Assembly (NCBI GenBank): GCA_951406725.2
Contig: OX597816.1
Location: forward strand, 79,484,001 to 79,548,000
DNA length: 64,000 nucleotides
Source: Octopus vulgaris
Taxonomy: Eukaryota
Reading direction: 5' to 3'
Position 1 is the first letter of the stretch. Each line of letters starts with the position of its first letter. The notes below the pieces were generated by a model. That model ran no database searches. It was not told the DNA's origin and saw nothing but the letters and a program-made list of their open reading frames with translations. Below, one piece after another: positions 1 through 14,672 of the stretch. The translations under genes were made by a program, and so were the position numbers.

Positions 1-500
1 TATATCAAGAAAACAGAACTGCAAGACACAGCAGTTAAACAAGAGCAGCGCTCAGTTAGAACCCTCACTTTCACTCCAAATATAAAGGAATAAGTCCCAC
101 AATAGATCATGCGCCTACATGGTACTGCTGCTATGCTAACATGTATCCTAGAAGGCACCCAGCGAAAAGCCACTCGACTAAATGGAATTCAGTCAACAGC
201 AAAACGTTCCAATGATTAACCAACATGTGTGCTGTCTTCATTCTTAGCCTTTTCTATCGCTTTTATAATGGCTTCCGATCCTTGGAAGCACTCTGTCACT
301 CAGTCATCAGCGACGAACGTATATTTTCATCTTTCGCAACCTTTCACCTCGATCTCGCCATTATGTTCTCCAGAACATCACCATTCTTGAACCTCCCAGC
401 TCGTGTCTTTCCTGCAGGTATTGAACTGCAAAAGTTTAAATAGAACGTAAATAGCACGAAATCTACCGGTATCGGTGGGCCTACATGTGTCATACGCAAT
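1..500 (+). mobile_element. Decayed 3' end of a CR1-group non-LTR retrotransposon in the last intron of SULT copy A
   Basis: ORF 225-443 has a LINE C-terminal-like pattern (SLFYRFYNG...FSRTS..LNLPARVFP...LQKFK). 1-440 aligns by eye with 43182-43630 and 59282-59730 in intron 4 of copies B and C. Confidence 0.55.
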
Positions 501-525
501 GCTCTTCCTTCACACTCAACAAGTA

Positions 526-564
<39 letters not shown>

Positions 565-572
565 TATATATA

Positions 573-652
<80 letters not shown>

Positions 653-680
653 TTAGTATGTGAAAGCACGTGGTTGGATG

Positions 681-2004
681 TATAAAAGACAAAAAAGGGT
701 GGAAAAACTACAGAAGGCTTGTGTTATATGGTTAAAGAATATATTTAAACCGTTATGTTAGAAAATTGTTATGAAATTTTGCGTATAGTAACATAGTTTT
801 TGAAGAAATAACCGGTTTCGCATTTTCTTTTCAAATTTCTCAAATTTTTTTACCTATATCGTGTCATGTCTTTGCTATGTTGTGAAATATGGAGTTCCAG
901 GCAGGGGAAGGTAATCAGGGATTTTTCCGGTATAAGAGAGATAATCAAAAATGTTGGGAATGACTAGGCTTGATTAATTTAACATGATTTGGTTTAGAAG
1001 GAATAGAATATTACAAGTGGTTAGGTTTTGCTTTATATTTTTTCAATGAGGTGAGCTTCCTTATTTAAAAAAAGTTAGAAATGGATAAAGTTTGGCTTAT
1101 ATTTTTCAATGAAGAAGGTTTCCTCATTTAATCTAACTTGTGTTGGTGTTCCAAAGGTACATTGATAGAATAGAAATATTACAAATTGTGGTAGCAGTTG
1201 CTTTGCGCATTTCTCAATATGTTCACTAAAGGGTATCATTCTGTATTCTGGGAATGCAATCTGCTGTCGATGCAGAGTGTATCTGCGTCTGAGCGATAAT
1301 CCCGAGGACCCTATGTAGTTTTGGTGGCAGCCCGAGCATCTAATGACATAAATCAGGTGTTCTGAAGCACAAGTAAAGTCAGATTTGATTTTGAACTTTT
1401 GTCCCTCTTTGAAAAGGAATTCTGATCCTTCTAAAAGGTTTGGGCATGTTGCGCAATTTAGTCTACCACATTTATTAAACTTTTGCATCCGTTATTTTAG
1501 AAAATAATTTTGCCTTTGTGAGGATCTTTTTTAGTATTTTCGGTTGTTTGTAGCTTTTAATGATTTTATGTATGTGTAAAATTTCCTTCAATTTGGGGTC
1601 CTTATGTAGCATTGGTAAATTTTGGGTGATGATGATGAAGGCTTCTTTGTTTCTAGGATTGTATGTGGATATGTACGGCAGTATTTACGTGGAAGGTGTG
1701 TTGCTGTGTTGAACTTTTCTTAAGGTTTCTATGTCGATTTGTGTTGCACGTCTGATTCCGTCCTCTATGAGTTGAACTGGGCAGTGGAACTCCATATTTC
1801 ACAACACAGCGAAGACATGACACGATGTAGGTAAAGAAATTTGAGAAAATTAAAAAGAACATACGAAACCGGTTATTTCTCCAAAAACTATGTTACTATA
1901 CGCAAAATTTTCTAACAGTTTTCTAACATGATGATTTAAATATATTCTTTAACCATGTAACACAAGCCTTCTGTAGTTTTTTCCACACTTTTTTGTCTTT
2001 TATA
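681..2004 (-). mobile_element. Penelope-like element (PLE), 5'-truncated, with inverted pseudo-LTR arms
   Basis: GIY-YIG ORF on the minus strand, flanked by inverted arms of about 220 bp (681-899 versus about 1785-2004), the classic tail-to-tail PLE arrangement. Confidence 0.8.
1075..1488 (-). pseudogene. GIY-YIG endonuclease domain of a Penelope-like element (fragment)
   Basis: CGRLNCATC, then LIYVIRCSGCHQNYIG, R..H and E..FI..YKP motifs. Confidence 0.8.
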
Positions 2005-2432
2005 TATATATATATTTATATATATTTACATATATTTCGTTTTGGGATTTGGTTTGCAACATTTTTTATGTGAGCAAATGTCGATAATAGTAAAATAGAA
2101 TTGAAAAAACCTTAGAGTTTTCGGTCAGCCAATCTATGACAAAATTAGAGAAATTAATGACTGTGATAAACTTGAATAAATGAATATGTGGTGGTTAAGG
2201 ATATGCGTGAACTAAGGTTATCTTAAGGCAACAACGAGGAAGACGAAACTATTGAAACTATATTTACATGTTTACATGGTGATGAAATAGACAGAATAAT
2301 GAAAAGAACTGGTTAGGGGTTTATGATCTGCGCAGAAATAGAAGAGTAGATGGACGAGGTTGAAAAGACAAAATTTCTTATCTGAGCATCTTCTGAGATT
2401 CGTATCCTTTCGGCAGAGGTATTAAAAAATCG

Positions 2433-2539
<107 letters not shown>

Positions 2540-2550
2540 ATATATATATA

Positions 2551-2823
2551 TGTATAAAAATATATATAAAAAAAATACAAAATGGGACAAGAACACAAAA
2601 CACTCAAATAGACGACACAAAAAACGGACGGGCCATTCGAAGCCTCTAATCTTCAGTCAAGAACCGGATCATCCTCGGAATTTCCAGCCGAAATTGCGAG
2701 AATGATCCGGTTCTTGATTGAAGATTAGAGGCTTCGAATGGCCAGTCCATTTTTTGGGTCGTCTATTTGAGTGTTTTGCGTTCTTGTCCCATTTTATATT
2801 TTTATATATATATTTTTTATACA
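2551..2823. repeat. Fold-back hairpin (about 130-bp arms, short loop) of a dispersed repeat family
   Basis: aaaatgggacaagaac...ccggatcat versus atgatccgg...gttcttgtcccatttt. The same unit occurs in direct orientation at about 49466 and 50262. Confidence 0.85.
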
Positions 2824-2859
2824 TATATTATTGCGGCGTAACGTACATCTTGTTCTCTT

Positions 2860-3578
<719 letters not shown>

Positions 3579-3632
3579 TATATATATATATGAAACTAGA
3601 TAAAAGATAAAAGATAAAAGATATACTTATAA

Positions 3633-4031
3633 GAGGGATGACTACTACGTGGACATCCATTATGTTAGAAGTAGATCCACTATGGTCTTACCACTAAGAA
3701 TTGAATGTTCTCAAGAAAATTTAGCAAACGCCAGAACGTAAGCGAGCAAGACAAATGAAAAGAAACGCATGTTTTTATATGTTTTTACTTGACTTGAAAA
3801 TTTCTTGCGTCAATGCATGAGTCAAACGTTAAAAATGATTCCTTGATCCTTGAATTCTGATTGGATCCTTGAAGCGGTTCTTTCACTTTGTTCCACCGTT
3901 TCTTTTCATTTCCCTTGCTCGCTTACTTGCTGGTGTTTTCTAAATTTTCTTGAGAACATTCCTTTGTTAGAGGTAAGACCATAGCGGATCTACGTCTAGC
4001 ATAATGGATGTCCACGTAGTGGTCATCCCTC
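3633..4031. repeat. Inverted repeat (135-bp arms) enclosing an antisense copy of SULT exon 5 and its 3' UTR
   Basis: Arms 3633-3767 and 3897-4031. The spacer 3769-3900 is the reverse complement of 4577-4708. Confidence 0.9.
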
Positions 4032-4145
4032 ATATATGTATGCAATATAATTTTTCTGAATCTTCAGATATGAATATGCTAGACCACTGGTTTTAAATTG
4101 ATATTAATCAAATTAATATTCAATTTTTCACCCTTATTATTTTAT

Positions 4146-4287
<142 letters not shown>

Positions 4288-4378
4288 TCCATTTTTTCTC
4301 GTTGTTTACGTATTTCATGTTGTGAAATACGGAAACGTTGGTGACGTCCTGTTCCCATATATGCATGTGTGTATATTG

Positions 4379-4418
<40 letters not shown>

Positions 4419-4548
4419 CATACATATACATATGTATACTATATATTATTTACCATTTATTACATGTGTGTCTGTGTCTGTGTGTGTGCGTGCATGAATT
4501 TAATATATCCCATTTTCCACATAATGCCTGTTTCCGTATTATTTACAG

Positions 4549-4655
4549 GTAAAGTAGACACATGGAAAAAATGGTTAACGGTGGAACAAAGTGAAAGAAT
4601 CGATGCAAGGATTCAATCAGAATTCACGGATCAAGGAATCATCTTTAATTTTTAA
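4549..4655 (+). CDS. Last coding exon of sulfotransferase-like gene copy A (upstream exons lie outside the window)
   Basis: tttacag acceptor, encodes (G)[34 protein letters not shown]. Same 107-nt length as exon 5 of copies B and C. AATAAA at 4787-4792. Confidence 0.85.
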
Positions 4656-5687
4656 CTCATGCATTGACGCAAGAAATTTTCAAGTCAAGTAAAGTTATAC
4701 AAAAACATATATTGCCAGTTCAGCCTTCTTTATTGGCTCGACGATAATTTCTTAAGCTCTACGTCCTTATAGTGTAGTTTTTAATCAATAAATTTCAGTA
4801 AAACAAAATTCACATTTATTGTATTTCGATTTTTATTTGGAACCTTATGAAAGTTTCCTCAACATATTGTATGTAAAATGTAATATCCGATTTTGCAAAT
4901 GAACTCCCTCCAAACCCATATGCAGCATACACTAATATTAGAACAATTATGCCTTTTATTTTTACATCAATCTAACATTATTATTTCAATCACTCCTCTA
5001 AAAAGGAAATAAAATTTACATATGGATATTCATTAACAGATGGCTCAAAGTGGTTTCATACCTCTTATCAAAATGATGTTTCCATAGTAATCTCCTTAGT
5101 CTGTTGAACTATATCGCTATTAGACATGGTTTCAACAAGCATTATTTATCGAATTTTGTGTTTTCGTAAATTGTAGTAATCTTCATGAAGGCACACGAAA
5201 CAAACGTAGATGTAACTGAGCACTACTTTTTTCCAATTGATACATATGTTTCAGTATTCAGCAATACATAACGTCACATTATAGTTGCAACAAATAGATA
5301 CAACTTACAGGGCCAACATGTAGCAGTCACATCGTCAGACAATTGAAAAAGAAATATAAGCTAACCACTAGCAGCAACCAAATTTAAATACAATGGAGGA
5401 ATACGCCAGATAGGAGTGGGTAGTTAAACTAATCGGCATAACAACACAGTCGACTGGTGTTTCATAATAGTAGGGATTAGGGATTAGGTCACCTGTATTT
5501 GACGATACACGGAGGAGGAGAAAGGTGACGGTGGAGGGCAAAGAGGGAAAGTTAACATCTGGTAAGATAAATGAGTGTAATAGAAATTGTCTACGCCGTC
5601 ACAGTCTGGTTAGCCCCATATACCCACGCATGCACACATGCAAGCACATGCAAACACACACAAACACACACACATACACACACACAC

Positions 5688-5739
<52 letters not shown>

Positions 5740-5786
5740 CACACGTGCGAATATGTGTACACACTCATACACACACATACATATTC

Positions 5787-6590
5787 GAGGTGATTTCAAC
5801 CAATTCCAAAACTAGTTCTGTAGCGCGCCAACAGATGGCAGCATACGGCTGTGTGCGCTGTGAGAGCTTGCAGTGACCTCTATAAGGCAGTGTGCCGAGT
5901 ATCAATCGTTGTGTTTAGTTTGCAAGTTGTGGAATTTGTGTTTTTGTGATCACGTGTATGCTGTAGTTTGCGATTTTTGTCACATGGAACAAAGAACCAA
6001 CGTTAAACTTGAGAAGTCTGCTACAGGAAAATTGAACATACTTCAGCAAGCTTACGGCGACGAGGCAATGGGCCGTACGCAATGTTCCAAGTGCATGCTC
6101 ATCGTTTTCCTTTTTACGTCTGCGGTATCGTGCATCGAGAATTCGTCCCCCAGGTCTAGACCGTCAATTCAAGAGTTCTAGTGCGATGTTTTGAAGCGTT
6201 TCATTGAGGATATTTGGTGAAAGTGACCGGATCTGTGGAGAGCGTAGAATTGGATTCTTCATGATGATAATGTACCCTGTCACCGAGCTCTCCTCACTCG
6301 TGAGATTCTTACCAAAGATAATATAGAATCCCTTCCGCACCTGCCCAATTCACCAGATTTAGCACCTGCGGACTTCCATGTCTTCCCCAAGATAAAAATG
6401 CAGCTCAAATGTCACCGTTTTAACATCATTATGGAGATCATGAGCGATTCGCAAAAGGTCCAAGAAAACGACTTCCTGGCCGGATTCCAAAAATGATAGG
6501 GACACTGGGGCCAGTGTATTGCTGTGCAAGGTGACTATTTCGAAGGTGGTGATGTTAAAACTTAGGTAAAAAAGATATTTTTCATTAAAC
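5787..6590 (+). mobile_element. Decayed, internally deleted mariner element (second family)
   Basis: MEQR..K...QAYGDEAM N-terminus, HDDN and PNSPDLAPADF remnants with stops and frameshifts. Right TIR not clear. Confidence 0.7.
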
Positions 6591-6689
6591 ATAACTTTCC
6601 TGGAAACCCCTTAATACTACTTTGTATGCGCACAGACATACTTGCGGGTGCAACTACAAATACAAATATGTCTGTGTACAAACACCCGA

Positions 6690-8972
6690 ATACCACTCCC
6701 CTTGGCGATTTCTGTGATTCGGCCAAAACAACCCTTTTGAATACTACCGGTCAAATGACCGTACTGAAATTCCTTATTCAATCTTGCTCTCTTCATGCAT
6801 AGTTTTTTCACCCCCTTGATCAAAAATATTTCCCCATCCTCTTCCCTCCACATTATCTTTCTTTCAAATACCACACTCCCTCTTCCTAATTTCTGTAATT
6901 CAGTCAAAATAGCCCTATTGAATACTACCAGTCAAATGGCCTTGGTTAAATTTCTCATTCCACTCATTTCATTTTATATTTTCTTCTTTTTTCCTTATTT
7001 TAATACTTATTTCTCTCTATATTTATATTCTCCTCTTCTACTGTGCTCTTTATTTTGTGATTGAATCTTCCATGCGTTTACGTGAACCTCCTTACGACAA
7101 TGTGAACTTTCATTTAATCAAGATATCCTTAGCCTGAAGATACCCTTGGCCTGCGGTATACACCTCGCTTGGATATTTACCACTTCCGAGGTTCCACTCG
7201 TTATGAAACATATGTAGCCCGGATTTTATCTACTTCATTCCGTAACTCTTGTAGTCTTATTCGCACACCCGGCAATCCTGGTCGCCTACCGTGAAATATA
7301 TTAAGACTTTTTTTTCAGTTTATCGTACTTCGATACGAAAAAGTCCACATCGTTCTGTATCAATAAACCAATATTGTCCCTGAAAGTTGTTTTTTATATT
7401 TACTACGGATTGTTTGAAGCTAACTTTCTTCCTATACCTCGATTCCTGGATCTTACATTTATATATCACTAGTTCCTAATCTAGTGAATGCTAACTGTGT
7501 TGAAGACACGGAAATAGAGAAAATGAAATTAAACTTGTCGCTTAAGGATATCCCACTTACCAACAAAACCGAGTACATGAAACTCATAATTCGTGCTACA
7601 AACGAATAGATTCGACAGATGCGATGGAAAGTTTTCTTCTCCTTCTGCAACACTACTACCAACTCTGTTAACCTAAGCCATCAAACTCTACTCCGCTTAT
7701 AAGTGTATAATATTAACTGCCACCTGTAACTACATATATATTGGCTCACATAGCACCAACTTCAACGCTAGAGTGAACAACCACTACTCTAGTTTCAACC
7801 CAAACAAAATCCAACAGTATATCGTTATATCAGCTTATCTCAATTAAAGTTTGATTAAACTCATTACGCTTTCAAGTGGTCCATAGTCACCCACACTAAG
7901 CCATATAGCAGCTATAATAACAAGTGCAATCTCTGCATAGCCGAGGTTTTAGCTATTTTACAATCCACAGATTGTCTTAATAAACGTAACAGTATAATTT
8001 CTATCTGCAAACATCGATCATTAAATCAATCTATCCTCAAAATACAAATAACTTTTACAAAATGCAATAACGCTTTTCCCCCTAACCTCCATTAATTTTT
8101 CCCTCTTATCTACCCACACTATTACTATATACTAAGCAATAATATAACTTCCCTTTAATACCTTATCTTCATTTACATACTTCTGTCTGTATTTTCCTTA
8201 ACTTAAAAGCTTTTTTCTTTCTCCCTTGTTTCACTTGCCTCCACCAAAACAGCCTGTGATTCGGCCTAAACAGCCTTTTTGAATACTACCAGTCATATGA
8301 CCTTGCTTAAATTCTTCATTCCTCTCACTTCCTTAAATTCCTCATTCTATCTTGTTTTCTTCATGCACACTTTTTTCTCCCCCTTGGTCAAAAATATTTC
8401 CCCACTCCCTTCCCTTCACATTATCTTTCTTTCAAATACCATTCTCCCTACTAATTCCTGTAATTCAACCAAAATAGCCCTACTGAATACTACGGTCAAA
8501 TGACCTTGTTTAAATTCTTCATTCCTCTCACTCCCTTATATTTTCTGTTTATTTTTTCCCTTCTTTTATTTCTCTCTACATTTATATTCTCCTTCCCTAC
8601 TATACTCTTTACATATTCTGACTGAATCTTCCATTCGTTAACGTGTACCTCCTTACGACAATGTTAACTTTCATTTAATCAAGATATTCTTGGCCTGCGG
8701 TATACACTTCGCTTGGATATTTACCACTTCCAAGATTCCGCTCGTTATGAAACATATATATAACCCGGATCTTATCTACTTCATTCCGTAACACTTGTAG
8801 TCTTATTCGCACACCCGGTAACCCTGATCGCCAACCGTGAAATATAAAAAGGTCTTCGATTTGAAAAAAAGCCACAACCTTCCGTTTCAGTAGACCAATA
8901 TTGTCCTTGAAAGTTGTTTATTTTTTATTTTTACTACAGATTGCTTGAAGCTAACTTTCTTCCCATACCTCG
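6690..8972 (+). mobile_element. Internally deleted Penelope-like element with direct pseudo-LTR repeats
   Basis: About 6690-7445 is repeated at about 8245-8972. Between them are remnants LSLKDIP...EYM...IRQMRWKVFF (PLE N-terminus), YIG, KPY...KCNLCIAE and LNKRNSIISICKH (GIY-YIG end). No RT present. Confidence 0.7.
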
Positions 8973-8974
8973 TG

Positions 8975-9004
<30 letters not shown>

Positions 9005-9019
<15 letters not shown>

Positions 9020-9227
9020 TTGTGTGTCTGTGTTTGTCCTCCCAACATCGCTTGACAACCGATGCTGGTGTGTTCATGTCCCCGTAACTTAGCAGTTCGG
9101 CAAAAAAGACCAATAGAATAAGTACTAGGCTTACAAAGAATAAGTCCTGGGGTCAATTTGCTCGACTAAAGGCGGTGCTCCAGCATGGCCGCAGTCAAAT
9201 GACTGAAACAAGTAAAAGAGTAAAGAG
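9005..9227 (+). mobile_element. SINE family 1, 3' half
   Basis: Matches 18025-18232 (cttgacaaccgatgctggtg...aaatgactgaaacaag). Confidence 0.8.
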
Positions 9228-9893
9228 TATATATATGTATGTACATATATGTATGTATATATGCACATATATATATATATATATTATATATATACATGTA
9301 TGTATGTTGAAGTTATAAGAGATAATGGTGTCATTGAGACCCAAAAGTGTCAGGTAATGCTGAATAAGTACTATAGACAGACCATAGTTAAGTTCCAGAT
9401 TCGGTAATATTGCGAATAAAGAGTTCAACGTTGGTTCTATGTCAGCGTGTGTATATATGATTTTTTTGCGTAATAGGATAAAAAAAACCAAGCCTGTATA
9501 GATATTAGAGCATTTATGCTCTAATATCTATACAGCCTTGGTTCTTTTATGTTCATTACACAAAAATTCATGTATGTATGTATGTATGTATGTATGTATG
9601 TATGTATGTATGTATGTATGTATGTATATATATATATATATATATATATTTATTATATAGAAGAGCTTTACAGGACTAGAACTGTTTCATTCAAGAGAAA
9701 TCTTCAGAAGCTAGTTAACAAGAATTGTATTGGCATTTATACATTTAGGCAGGTTTAAAGGGGTGTTGGTGGGGACTTTTGGGGGTAGGCATAGGCAAAA
9801 TATCATACTTGGGAGTGGTATGTATGTATGTATGTATGTATGTATGTATGTATAGTACCTTATTTACTTGGTGTATGTATGTATGTATGTATG

Positions 9894-9988
<95 letters not shown>

Positions 9989-9990
<2 letters not shown>

Positions 9991-10403
9991 TCTTACACTC
10001 TTTTACTCTTTTACTTGTTTCAGTCATTTGACTGCGGCCATGATGGAGCACCGCCTTTAGTCGAGCAAATCGACCCCGGGACTTATTCTTTGTAAGCCCA
10101 GTACTTATTCTATCGGTCTCTTTTGCCGAACCTCTAAGTAACGGGGACGTACACACACCAGCATCGGTTGTCAAGCAATGCTAGGGGGACAAACACAGAC
10201 ACACAAACACACACATACATATACATATATATACATATATACGATAGGCTTCTTTCAGTTTCCGTCTACCAAATCCACTCACAAGGCTTTGGTCGGCCCG
10301 AGGCTATAGTAGAAGACACTTGCCCAAGGTGCCACGCAGTGGGATTGAACCCGGAACCATGCGGTTGGTAAACAAGCTACTTACCACACAGCCACTCCTG
10401 CGC
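9989..10403 (-). mobile_element. Full-length SINE family 1 between (TA)n tracts
   Basis: Reverse complement of the 17846-18232 element, with the tRNA-like head at about 10330-10403. Confidence 0.85.
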
Positions 10404-10519
10404 TATATATATATATATATATATACGTACGCATACATTTTTATTCGCATACACCCATACACTCATACACATGTATATGCTATGCATAAATAAGTAAATA
10501 CGTGCATATATAAAAAGAT

Positions 10520-10562
<43 letters not shown>

Positions 10563-10670
10563 CACACGTTATAATCCTGATTGCAACACAATTAATTTAG
10601 GCTTGGCCAGTACGGTGCAAAGATTCACTAGAGGAAAGATAATGATTGATATTAGAAAATGTGTAAAAGT

Positions 10671-11276
10671 TGTAAGGAATATGTGAATATCTCCTCTTGC
10701 ACTTTTGGGGTGCAAGTTGGTGCAATCACTTTCCGTTGCTTTTATATCCAGACTCTACTAGTCAAAGAAACACAAAACGCAGACGTAAAAAATAGATATA
10801 CTTTATTGTTTTATACCGGTGAGAAATCAGTGGTATATCTGATGTCCTTGGTTCTGGGCGCGCAAGGCTGAAAGTTAATCGATTGTAATATTTACAATGT
10901 TCAGCCGCTAAAAACAGAACGGGTCAAAATGGCGTCCGGAGGAAGAAGATGATGTCTGCAACAATTCAGGTTAAAAGTCTTCGGCCAAAAGACTGCTGCT
11001 ATCAAAACCGGAGAGAGAGCGAATTAAACGTCTGCTTTGGTGAAATGCCTGCCGCTGTCTGTCGGACGTTAATGGTCAACCTTTACGCTCCCTTGCCTCT
11101 TTGTTAAGGCTCACGCTCCCTTGCCTCTTTGTTAAGGCTCGCGCTCCCTTGCTAAGGCCACGTCAGCAAGGCCACGTCAGCTAAGGCCACGTCAGCAAAA
11201 TTCCCTCTTTCGGACTTCGTGTATTCGCGAGAGGGCGTTGCGCGTTGCGCGCGCGCTGTTGTATAGGATCACTACA
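10671..11276 (-). repeat. 3' LTR (606 bp)
   Basis: Near-identical to 15813-16426; by eye about 3 substitutions and 2 indels. Confidence 0.95.
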
Positions 11277-11290
11277 AAGCTCCCCTCCAG
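11277..11290 (-). other. Polypurine tract
   Basis: Minus-strand ctggaggggagctt immediately precedes the 3' LTR. Confidence 0.75.
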
Positions 11291-11486
11291 TGCCTAAGCA
11301 CGAACAACAATTCCTTGTAGTGACTATAAAACTCAAGGTGGACACCAAATAACCAAAAATAGCACACAATATAATACATTAAACAGCAAAAAAAAAAATT
11401 CACCTTAAAGGTAAAAAGAGAAAAATACTCAAAATGAGCAAAGTTCAATGAGTACTGAACTGTCACTGGGAAGTCAATTGAAAATG

Positions 11487-14400
11487 TCAAATATAAATAG
11501 TTTTGGAAAGTTTTTTCGGCCAGTGAACAGTTCTGCCTGACCTCGTAACATAAGGTCTGTTCGAGGCAGGCTGCGACGACGAAGGTGGTGTTGTCGATGT
11601 TGGTGTTGATAATGGTGCATGTGTAAATAGTGGTGTTGTCAAAGGTGCATGTGAAGGTTCAACGATGGTTGTGGCAGTGGGGTCATTAAAAGATGTGGAC
11701 ACCTCAAAATATGCCCTTTTAAGACGATCTACGGAGACGGTCTCCGAACGACCGTTAATTTCAAGTTTGAATACCTTCGGCGTGCGAGAAATCACACGAA
11801 AAGGTCCTTTATAAGGAGAAACAAGAGGTCCTTTGACAGAATCATCACGAATAAAAACATGCGTCCAAGAATTAAGGTCTGATGGCACACTAGAAGGAGG
11901 ATTTTGGTGTCGAGGGTCCATAGGAGGAAGGGCAGAAAAATATCTGCGTAATCGAGCAACATAAGACTCTAAATTAAGAGACTGTGACTTGTCTGGCACC
12001 AACATCGTACCAGGCAATGCCAGTGTGGTACCATACAAGAGCTCGGCAGACGAAAAACCAAGGTCTGCTTTAATCGCAGTCCGACATCCAAGCAGGACGA
12101 TCGGTAGAAATTCAGTCCATGACTGTGGATTCGGCGAGGCACGCAAAGAAGCCTTAAGTTGCCTATGGAAACGCTCCACCATCCCATTAGAAGCGGGGTG
12201 GTAACTTGTGGTGCGTATATGATGCATCCCCAGGATTCGTGATAACTCACGAAACAATGCAGACTCGAATTGTCGACCACGATCTGTGGTTAAACTGTAA
12301 TCCAATTAGATACAAAAGCCCTCGCAACAGTTTCAGCTGAAATGTCTGCTATAGGAATAGCTTCCGGCCAGCGTGAAAAACGATCAATACAAGTTAAAAT
12401 GTATGAGAACCCGCGACTCACAGGCCATGGTCCAACCAAATCAAGGTGGATATGGCGAAAACGGGCTTCAGGAGAGGAAAATTGTCCAAGTGGAGCACGA
12501 ACGTGTCTATGGACTTTAGCACTCTGGCACCTCAAACAAGAGCGTGCCCAAGAGGTAATTGATCGTCGCATATTGGGCCAGAAGAACCGAGCAGTAACAA
12601 GCTTTACTGTGGCAGAGATACCTGGATGTGACAGTGAATGAAGAGCATCAAACACGGAACGTTGATGTTTCTCAGGTACTAATGGTCTAGGTGAACCGGT
12701 AGAAACGTCACAAAGAATAGAGCCTTCCGCTGTAGGGAGCGGAAGGTAGTTAAACTTACAGTTAATAAACTTAGGCGAAGTTAAATCCAACTCCTCTAAA
12801 GGTGGTTGATCCTGCGAAATAGCAGTTAAATCAATTGCTGCAGGAGAGGAAATGGAATTGACAGGGAGTCTAGAGAGAGCATCTGCAGGGACGTTCTCAC
12901 TGCCTGGCACATGCCTAATGTCACTTGTAAATTGAGAAATATAGTCCAGGTGACGGAAAGCACGAGGAGAGAGTTTATCCGTTTTAGAAGATAAAGCAAA
13001 AGTAAGGGGCTTGTGATCAGTATAAATCACAAACTCTCGTCCCTCGAGCTGGTGTTGAAAATGCCGAACTGACAGATAGATCGCTAGTAACTCTCGATCA
13101 AAGGTACTATATCTGCGTTCAGCTGGCTTTAGCTGACAAGAAAAGAAAGCTAAAGGTTTAACTTCACCCTCTACGGTGTGCTGCAAAACAGCGCCAATTG
13201 CAGACTCTGATGCGTCCACAGATAAAGTAAGTGGAGCATTAGGAGCCGGATGTGCCAAAATAGGGACTGAAGCTAGTTCCTTTTTAACCAACTCAAAGGC
13301 AGACAGTGCTTCAGCCGAAAGAGTAAGACGGGCGTCCTTCTTGGAATTGCCCTTTAGCATTTGTGTTAAAGGTAACAACTTGTCCGCACACCGATCTATG
13401 AAACGTCTATAGAAATTTACTATGCCTAAAAAATGGCGAAGTTGACGCAAAGAAGAAGGTGGTGCGATGCGCTGAATAGCATCGACTTTGGATGAGAGTG
13501 GTTTGATTCCTCTCGAGTCAATATAATGACCGAGAAAATTAAGAGATGGTTGCCCCAAAACACACTTGTCTGGATTAATGCGAACACCATAGTCGCGAAG
13601 ACGCTGAAAAAGCTGAGACAAGTGCAGGAGATGATTTTCATGCGTATCACTTGCGATTAGAATGTCATCGACATACGCGAACACAAAATCCAGTCCGCGC
13701 AAACAACTTCATCTATAAACCGTTGGAAAGTACTAGTGGCATTCCTCAAACCAAAACTCATAAATAAAAATTCGAAACAGCCAAAAGGAGTAGTAATTGC
13801 TGTTTTAGGAATATCGTCTGAGTTGACCGGTATTTGATGGTAGGCACGTATCAGGTCAACCTTTGAAAAAATAGTACAGCCATGTAAATTTGCCGAAAAA
13901 TCGTTTAAAATCCTTATGGGATATTTGTCCGGAATCGTTACCGCATTTAGACGCCGATAATCTCCCACCGGGCGAAAATCTGTATCCCCTTTTCTTACTA
14001 AATGAAGGGGAGATGCCCATGGACTGGTGGAGGGGCGTATCAGACCGAGCTGGAGCATATGCTCAAACTCAGCCCTAGCAGTTTTAAGTCGATCAGGTGC
14101 AAGACGCCTTGGACGTGAAAAAACAGGAGGTCCAGTTGTTGTTATAAAGTGTCGTGTCGAATGCAATGGCTTAGCCACCCTAAAGGTAACATCATATAGC
14201 TCTGGAAAAGAAGCTAAAAGAGAGTGAAAGACATCTCCAGATGTACCGACAAAAAATGTCGGGCTAAGAGCTAAATTGGTAGATTCTCCGGTCGGCGTGG
14301 AGAGTTTAGTCGAACTATCGACCAACCTCCGACGTCTGACATCTACCAACAAATCAAATTTATCCAGAAAATCCGCACCTAAAATAGGATGCGGAATGTC

Positions 14401-14661
14401 GGCAATGACAAAAACCCATTGAAAGTCTCGTCGAAGACCAATATCAAGGCGGAACGAGATCTGACCGAATGTGGCTATTGGTGACGAGTCAATATCGTGC
14501 AAGATGACGTTAGATCGCTTTGGCCTGTCGGTTGTGCAACGCAGAGGCCAAATACTGCAACAAGAACCAGTGTCTACCATGAAGTTTTTCTTCGACACTA
14601 GATCTTTAACAAAGAATGCACGATAACCAGAAAATGTTGTGGAGGAAGTTGACGTGCTCAA
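11487..14661 (-). pseudogene. pol: Pol polyprotein (protease, RT, RNase H, integrase) split across three frames
   Basis: FMVDTGS, YVDD, DAS/RELLAI/TDH/ADALSR, H-H-C-C, DLVGP, TTDRG, VERFHR and GPF motifs. Frame breaks near 13700 and 12300 (ORFs 13657-14661, 12290-13702, 11487-12305). Confidence 0.93.
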
Positions 14662-14672
14662 ATTCTCCGAAT

